Shown here: positions 52,870 to 59,748 of the stretch, in pieces | Layout of the letters: the number at the start of each line of letters is the position of its first letter | Numbering within the stretch: the first letter of the stretch is position 1 | Assembly: GCF_016433145.1 (NCBI RefSeq) | Contig: NC_058132.1 | Span: 26,788,072-26,847,819 of the forward strand | DNA from: Gracilinanus agilis | Lineage: Eukaryota | Length of the DNA: 59,748 nt | Reading direction: 5' to 3' | Translations under genes and position numbers: made by a program | The notes under the pieces: generated by a model | What the model was told of the DNA's origin: nothing | What the model saw: the letters and a program-made list of their open reading frames with translations, nothing else | The model's database searches: none

Positions 52870-54496
52870 TATTCTTCTTCTTGAATCATTTCTTCTTCTG
52901 ACATCTTTTTGACTGCAGCCATGTTGTCTGATGTAATCTCTTCTGCTGCTGTTGCTTTTTTCACATGCGAGCAATGCAGCCATGATTCTTTTTTTAATAC
53001 ACAAACAGCTGAAGGTGTTGTCAAAATAATGTAGAAAGGCCCTACCCATAATGAATATGTTGCGCTAGTTCTATTAAAATTTTTTATGTAAACGGAATCC
53101 CCGGGTTTTATCGTATGGAATGCAAAATCTAACAGACCCCCTTGAGTTAAAATTCCCATTTCTTGTGTTTCTCTAACCCTGTTTTGTAACTCTGTGATGT
53201 ATTCAGCAAATGCAAAGTCTCCTCCAAGCATAGATACATAAGATGTTTTAAAACTTTTTGCCTGCAATGGTGAATATCCAAATAACATTTCATAGGGTGA
53301 GATATGCACATCTCCTCTTGGTCTAGTGCTCAGATAGAACGGCACTAGAGACAAAATCTCTGGCCACTTCAAATGAGTTTCCACGCAAAATTTCCCAATC
53401 ATACTTTTGATTTCTCTGTTTCCACCTGACCAAAACTTTTTGGGTAATATGGGTCATGAAATATTTGCATGATTTTAGAACTGAATCTATAAAATGGCTC
53501 TCTTTGTCAGAATCTACTCTCAGTGGTATACCAAATCTTGGAATGATCTCTTTCATCAAAATTTTGACTATAAAGCTTAATGTATTTTTGCTGGATGGAA
53601 AAGCTTCTGGCTATCTAGTTAGTTGGTCCACTATCACTAGACAAAATTTAAATTGTCCTTATTTGGGCATGTTGATATAATTCATTTGCAAATGCTCAAA
53701 TGATGCGTGAGCTAGTGGATGACCACCAAAAGCCTTTTGCTTAAATATACTTTGGTTAAATTGTGCACACACAGAGCAAGCTGAGCAGATCTTATTTGCT
53801 GCAGTGCTAATTCCCAGAGTTATCCAAGTTCTTTTAACAATATCAATTACTGCTTATGTCCCAAAATGACCTTTTTGTGTATTGCTTGGAAAATTTAAGA
53901 GTAAAATGCTTTTGGAAGAATTGGTTTTCCCACTAATGCTATCCAAATACCATTTTGTTTTCTAGCTCCAAAATTTTGCTCCCACTACCTCTTTGTCATT
54001 GTATGCTTTTTCTAAATCTGTGGTATATACCACAGAGAGATTTATAATGCAAGCTGGAGCATTTTGCACTGCATATTGTACAACCATATCCACCCTATGA
54101 TTTCCTCTGGCAATTAAGTCTTTTCCTAAAGAATGCCCTTTGCAGTGAATCACTGCCAACTCTTTTGGTAGTTGGAGGGATGACAGTAATTATTGAATTA
54201 CTTCTGCATGAGTGATTCTTTTCCCATTAAAAATCCTTTCTGAAGCCAGAGAGAACCTATGGCATGGAAAATTCCAAATGCATATTTGGAATGAGTATAA
54301 ATATTTGCACATTTGTCTCTTGCAAGTTCATATGCGTGCTTTAAAGCTATTAATTCTGCTCCCTGAGCACTTAGGTTCCTAGGTAGTAAAGCAAACTATA
54401 GGCTATCAAATTCATTTACTACTGCAGCACCTTCTTCTGTGTTTCCACTTCTGTAGTTCTTCCTCTGAATGTGAGTAGCGTTCTTTTTCATAAATT
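52870..54496 (-). pseudogene. disrupted class I (gamma-like) ERV pol: RNase H and integrase
   Basis: SAQGAELIAL, NIYTHSKYAFG, LAVIHCKGH, KEIIPRFGIP, TRPRGDVHISPYEMLFG; several stops and frameshifts. Confidence 0.9.
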
Positions 54497-57400
54497 CCTC
54501 AGAATTGTCCTGGGTCATTGCATTGCTGCTAGTACGGAAATCCATTACATTCTATTTTGCCACAGTGTATTGGTCTCTGTGTACAATGTTCTTCTGGCTC
54601 TGCTCCTTCCACTCTGAATCAATTCCTGGAGGTCTTTACAGTTCACATGGAATTCCTCCAGTTTATTATCCCTTTGAGCACAATAGTATTCCATCACCAG
54701 CATATACCATAATTTGTTCAGCCATTCCCCAATTGAAGGGCATACCCTTGCTTTCCAGTTTTTTTGCCACCACAAAAAGTGCGGCTATAAATATTTTTGT
54801 ACAAGTCTGTTTATCTATGATCTCTTTGGGGGTACAAACCCAACAATGGTATGGCTGGATCAAAGGGCAGGCAATCTTTTATTGCCCTTTGAGCATTGTT
54901 CCAAATTGCCACCCAGAATGGTTAGATCACCTCACAACTCCACCAGCAATGCATTAATGTCCCAATTTTGCCACATACCCTCCAACATTCATTACTCTCC
55001 CCTTCTATCATTTTAGCCAATCTGCTAGGTGTGAGGTGATACCTCAGAGTTGTTTTGATTTGCATTTCTCTAATTATTAGAGATTTAGAACACTTTCTCA
55101 TGTGCTTATTGATAGTTTTGATTTCTTTATGTGAAAATTGCCTATTCATGTCCCTTGCCCATTTATCAATTAGGGAATGGCTTGATTTTTTTATACAATT
55201 GATTTAACTCCTTGTATATTTGAGTAATTAGACCCCTGTCAGAGTTTTTTGTTATAAAGATTTTTTCCCCAATTTGTTGTTTCCCTTATGATTTTGGTTG
55301 TATTGTTTTTGTTTGTACAAAAGCTTTTAAATTTAATATAATCAAAATCATTTATTTTACATTTTGTAATTTTCTCTAACTCTTGCTTGATTTTAAAATC
55401 TTTCCTTTCCCAGAGATCTGACAAGTATACTATTCTGTGTTCACTTAATTTATTTATAGTTTCCCTCTTTATATTCAAGTCATTCACCCATTCTGAATTT
55501 ATCTTGGTGTAGGGTGTGAGATTTTGATCTAAACCTAATCTCTCCCATATTGTTTTCCAATTTTCCCAGCAGTTTTTGTCAAATAGTGGATTTTTGTCCC
55601 AAAAGTTGGGCTTTTTGGGTTTATCATAGACTGTCTTGCTGATGTCACTCACCCCAAGTCTATTCCACTGATCCTTCCTTCTGTCTCTTAGCCAGTACCA
55701 TATTGTTTTGATGACCGCTGCTTTATAGTATAGTTTAATATCTGGTACTGCTAGGCCACCTTCCTTCACATTTTTTTTCATTATTTCCCTTGATATTCTT
55801 GATCTTTTGTTCTTCCAATGAACTTTGTTATAGTTTTTTTTCAAATTCAGTAAAGAAGTTTTTTGGTAGTTTGATAGGTATGGCACTAAATAAATAAATT
55901 AATTTGGGTAGAATGGTCATTTTTATTATGTTAGCTCGTCCTACTCATGAGCAATCAATGTTTTTCCAGTTGTTTAGATGCAGCAATCCAGGTATACATT
56001 AATCTTGATATTATTTTAAGAGTGCTCAAAAATGACTCTTGTATTGCTTATGATTGATTTCTGAAACCTTGAGTTAAATTGAACCTCAACCATGCCAAAT
56101 TCCTAGCCCTTCCCTAAGGCTACACTCTGGAAGACTGGTCAGTTATCTCAGTCTCCTTGCCTTACCTTCAATCAATCAGCATTTGTATCAAGACCTTAGG
56201 ACACATGGATTCCTGATCTAGATGTTTGCTCTACCTGTTATTTCAGGTTCCAACAGTTTGTATCTCCTGATGATTATGTATGTATCAGACCCCATATAAG
56301 GTGGTAACCCCAATAAAAGTAGCTATATGACAGTTGAGAAAGAGGCTCTTGTCCATCAGAGCTCTGAACCATCTAAGCTCTTGACCACCAGAGCTTACAC
56401 GCTGTCTACCTTATGCCAAAACTTTCTATGTCTGTTTTTATTCTCGCCTTATGTTCTCTTTCCACTAGTTTTTAACCCGCTACCCATTTTCACTCAGTCC
56501 TTGGTTCCCCTTTCTAAGTGTCCAACCCACTAGGAATCTTCGTGGAGCTGCTAGACAGCTTCATTTAGATCTAGTTTTAATTGTTTGGAAAGTGTTTTGT
56601 AGTTGTGTTCATATAATTCTTGTGTTTGCCTTGGTAGATAGATTCCTAAGTATTTTATATTGTCTAGGGTGATTTTAAATGGTATTTCTCTTTCTACCTC
56701 TTGCTGTTGTGATGTGTTGGAAATATATAGAAATGCTGATGATTTATGTGCATTTATTTTGTATCCTGCAACTTTGCTAAAGTTGTTGATTATTTCTACT
56801 AGCTTTTTAGTTTATTCTCTAGGATTTTTAAAGTAGACCATCATATCATCTGCAAAGAGTGATAGCTTAGACTCCTCATTGCTTATTTTAATACCTTCAG
56901 TTTCTTTTTCTTCTCTAATTGCTACTGCTAGTGTTTTTAGTACAATGTTAAATAATAGAGGTGATAATGGGCATTCTTGTTTCACTCCTGATCTTATTTG
57001 GAAGGCTTCTAATTTATCCCCATTGCATATGATGCTTGTTGGTGGTTTTAGATATATACTGTTTATTATTTTTAGGAAAGGTCCTTCTATTCCTATACTT
57101 TCTAGTGTTTTCAATAGGAATGGGTGTTGTATTTTGTCAAAGGCTTTTTCAGCATCTATCTATTGAGATAGTCACATGATTTTTTGTTAGCTTGTTGATA
57201 TAGTCAATTATGTGGATGGTTTTCCTATTGTTGAACCATTCTTGCATTCCTGGTATAAATCTCACCTGATCATGGTGGATAATCCTCTTCATCGCTTGTT
57301 GGAGTCTTTTTGTTAGTATTCTATTTAAGATTTTTGCATCTATGTTCATTAGGGAGATTGGTCTGTAGTTTTCTTTCTCTGTTTTTGATCTACCTGGCTT

Positions 57401-57528
57401 TGGAATCAGTACCATATTTGTGTCATAAAAGGAATTTGGTGGGACTCCTTCTTTGCTTATTATATAAAATAATTTGTATAGTATTGGGATTAGTTGTTCT
57501 TTGAATGTTTGATAGAATTCACTTGTGA
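54497..57528 (-). mobile_element. degraded LINE-1 ORF2 (RT and C-terminus), truncated at both ends
   Basis: [69 protein letters not shown] in shifting frames; no A-tail at the left end. Confidence 0.95.
55979..56563. mobile_element. solo LTR (585 bp) inserted in the L1, 6-bp TSD
   Basis: TG...CA ends; TSD tttaga at 55973-55978 and 56564-56569; removing it restores the L1 text ccagttgtttagatctagttttaa. Confidence 0.85.
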
Positions 57529-59748
57529 GACTTCCGGTTAAGATGGCGGCAGAGTAAGGAGCAGCTGCTCGATCTCTCCTGACCGAACCACACAGAACCC
57601 CTCAAGGGGAAATAAAAACGAGTCCAGAGGAACGAAGGAACCCCACAACAGGGCGCAGCATTAAAGGTACGCAGAATCGGGGCATTTCCACACTTTAAAG
57701 GGGTGAAACAGTTCACACTAAAACACGAGAGGAAGAAGCCCCTCCCCCACCCCCCACACCGCACAAGCGGGTAAACTGGACTGGGGCAACCAGACAATCA
57801 CTGGCAGCCCCTGAGCCCGTACCTGTGCGCTGCAAGAGGAGGGACCCCAGGTGGCTGGGACTCTCCCTGAGCGCCCACGTGGGTAAAGGCACCGCCTCCG
57901 GCTGGGACAAAGGCCCCGAAAACTCGGCCTTTCCCAAGCACTGAAGGCATTGCCTCAGGTGTGAATAAAGATCTCCAGCCCACGGACTTTCACTACCTTC
58001 TGCGGGGGTGAAAGCAAGCCCTAAGAGCAGCAGCGCAGGCAAAGGCAGTGCCCTAGGCTTGGATAACGATCTCCAGCCCAGGCTTAGACCTCCAGTGAGG
58101 ACCCTGTGCAGACCTGAGCGTGGCTGTGGAAGCAGCCCCAAAGACTGCTGAAGGAGCCTCGGGCAGAGGAGCAGACCGGGAACTACCAGGAGGCCTGACC
58201 CCGAGGACAAGGAGACCGGAGGGCCCCCCCCCCCCAAGCTTGCAAGGCCCAGGCAGACCCGGAGTGCAAAGACAAAGCGGAAAAGGGGCGGGGCTAACAA
58301 TGGCCAGCAATAAGGAAATCCAGAAGAAAAAGACCATCAAGAGAAACTCTGGAACACTGGACAACTTCTACACAGAGAAAATCCAGACAACAGAGGAGGG
58401 AAAACAAAAATCCAAACCTCCCCAAAAAAATGAAAGCTGGTCACAAGCTATGGAAGAGTTTAAAAATGAAATGCTAAGGAAGATGGAAGAAATCTGGCAA
58501 GAAAATAACAGTTTAAAAGGCAGAATTTCGCAATTGGAAAGTGAGACAAGACAACTGAAGACGAAAAATGACCAGATTGAAAAGGAAAACCAAAACATTA
58601 GAGCCGAAAACCAATCCTTAAAGGCTAGAATCGAACATTTAGAAACCAATGATCTCTCAAGACAACAAGAACAAATAAAACAAAGTCAAAAGACTGATAA
58701 AATAGAAGGAAACATGAAATATCTCAAGGAGAGAGTGACAGACCAAGAAAACCGGTCTAGAAGGGATAACTTGAGAATCATTGGTATTCCAGAAAAGGCA
58801 GAAATTAATAAAAACATGGACTCCATACTCAAAGAAATTATTCAGCAAAATTGCCCTGAAGTTCTACAACAAGAGGGCAATATAGACATTGAAAGGATCC
58901 ATAGAACACCCTCTAAACTGGACCCAGAAAAGTCAACACCCAGAAATAGAATAGCGAAATTGAAGAGCTTTCGAGTCAAAGAAAAAATCTTACAAGAAGC
59001 CAGAAAGAGACAATTCAAATATCAAGGAGCACCAATAAGGATCACACAGGATCTGGCAGCCTCAACACTAAAAGAACGCAAGGCTTGGAATACAATATTC
59101 AGAAAGGCAAGAGAGCTGGGCCTGCAACCACGGATCAACTACCCAGCGAAACTAACCATATACTTTCAGGGGAAAGTATGGGCATTCAACAAAATTGAAG
59201 AATTCCAAGTTTTTGCACAAAAGAGACCGGGACTAATTGGAAAGTTTGACACTCAACCACAGATATCAAGAGAAAGATGATGAAAAGGTAAATAAGAAAC
59301 AGAGGGAAAAGAAAGAAAACTCATAGTCTTTTAAGCTTGACTCTTTAAGGGCATAAATAAGATCTAAGTATCTGTATTACTAGGTGGAGAAATGCTATGT
59401 ATAATTCTCTGTAGTGAACTCTATACACTATTATAATATTCACTATTATAGCAACCAGAAGAATAATTCATAGGGAGAGGACAGGATACTAAATGGTCTA
59501 AGATGACATGGGGGGTGGGAAAGAGGGGAGGAAGAGTAGGGGACACCAAGAAAAATCTGAGTATATAAGAAAAATAAGATATTCTATTACACACAAAGAG
59601 GGCGTGGGAAGGGGAGGGGATAAATACTACCATAAGAAGGAGAGGAAGAGAGCATTAAGAGGTAATAATCAAACCTTACTCTCAGTATAATCAACCCGGA
59701 GAAGGAAGAGTAGCTTTATTATCCATCTGGATAAAAAACTCCATCTAA
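57529..59748 (+). mobile_element. LINE-1 5' portion: CpG-rich 5'UTR, intact ORF1, inter-ORF spacer; runs off the window
   Basis: Begins gacttccggttaagatggcggc (ETS and YY1 motifs typical of L1 5' ends). Confidence 0.93.
58300..59280 (+). CDS. LINE-1 ORF1p, 326 aa, uninterrupted
   Basis: ATG at 58300; coiled coil, RSRRDNLRIIGIPE, IDIERIHR, YQGAPIRITQDLA, LQPRINYPAKL. Confidence 0.95.
   Translation: MASNKEIQKKKTIKRNSGTLDNFYTEKIQTTEEGKQKSKPPQKNESWSQAMEEFKNEMLRKMEEIWQENNSLKGRISQLESETRQLKTKNDQIEKENQNIRAENQSLKARIEHLETNDLSRQQEQIKQSQKTDKIEGNMKYLKERVTDQENRSRRDNLRIIGIPEKAEINKNMDSILKEIIQQNCPEVLQQEGNIDIERIHRTPSKLDPEKSTPRNRIAKLKSFRVKEKILQEARKRQFKYQGAPIRITQDLAASTLKERKAWNTIFRKARELGLQPRINYPAKLTIYFQGKVWAFNKIEEFQVFAQKRPGLIGKFDTQPQISRER

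Noticed and set aside
57713-58300. 195-aa antisense ORF in the L1 5'UTR as an ORF0 analogue; GTG-extended ORF1 from 58120
   Set aside because: The antisense ORF starts at TTG in GC-rich sequence with no supporting motif. The first ATG of ORF1 is 58300.

Overview
Vertebrate genomic DNA, inferred to be a didelphid marsupial (opossum-like) from its SINE, L1 and hAT repeats. It holds the syntenic block AKT2(+) - CCNP/CNTD2(+) - TTC9B(+) - MAP3K10(-), then a ~10 kb nest of ERV, LTR and L1 elements (50.1-59.7 kb). AKT2 (13 coding exons, 481 aa) and TTC9B (3 exons, 226 aa) are intact. Four things stand out. (1) The cyclin P gene keeps its frame and splice sites and has a terminal exon completing the second cyclin fold. 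It carries Lys->Glu and Ala->Pro changes in the CDK-contacting cyclin-box motif, lacks an AUG for its conserved N-terminus, and sits behind a G2/M-type promoter (5 CCAAT boxes plus CDE/CHR). (2) The two MAP3K10 exons for the kinase C-terminus and leucine zippers are absent, yet exon 3 splices in frame to exon 6; a lone N at 38005 may hide them. (3) A 33-bp minisatellite, probably grown from a CORE-SINE tail, sits beside a 495-bp duplication flanking an 84-N gap (probable assembly artefact). (4) There is a head-to-head L1 junction. All exon calls were made by hand from translation and GT-AG boundaries. Comparisons with human proteins and repeat family names are from memory and need alignment.
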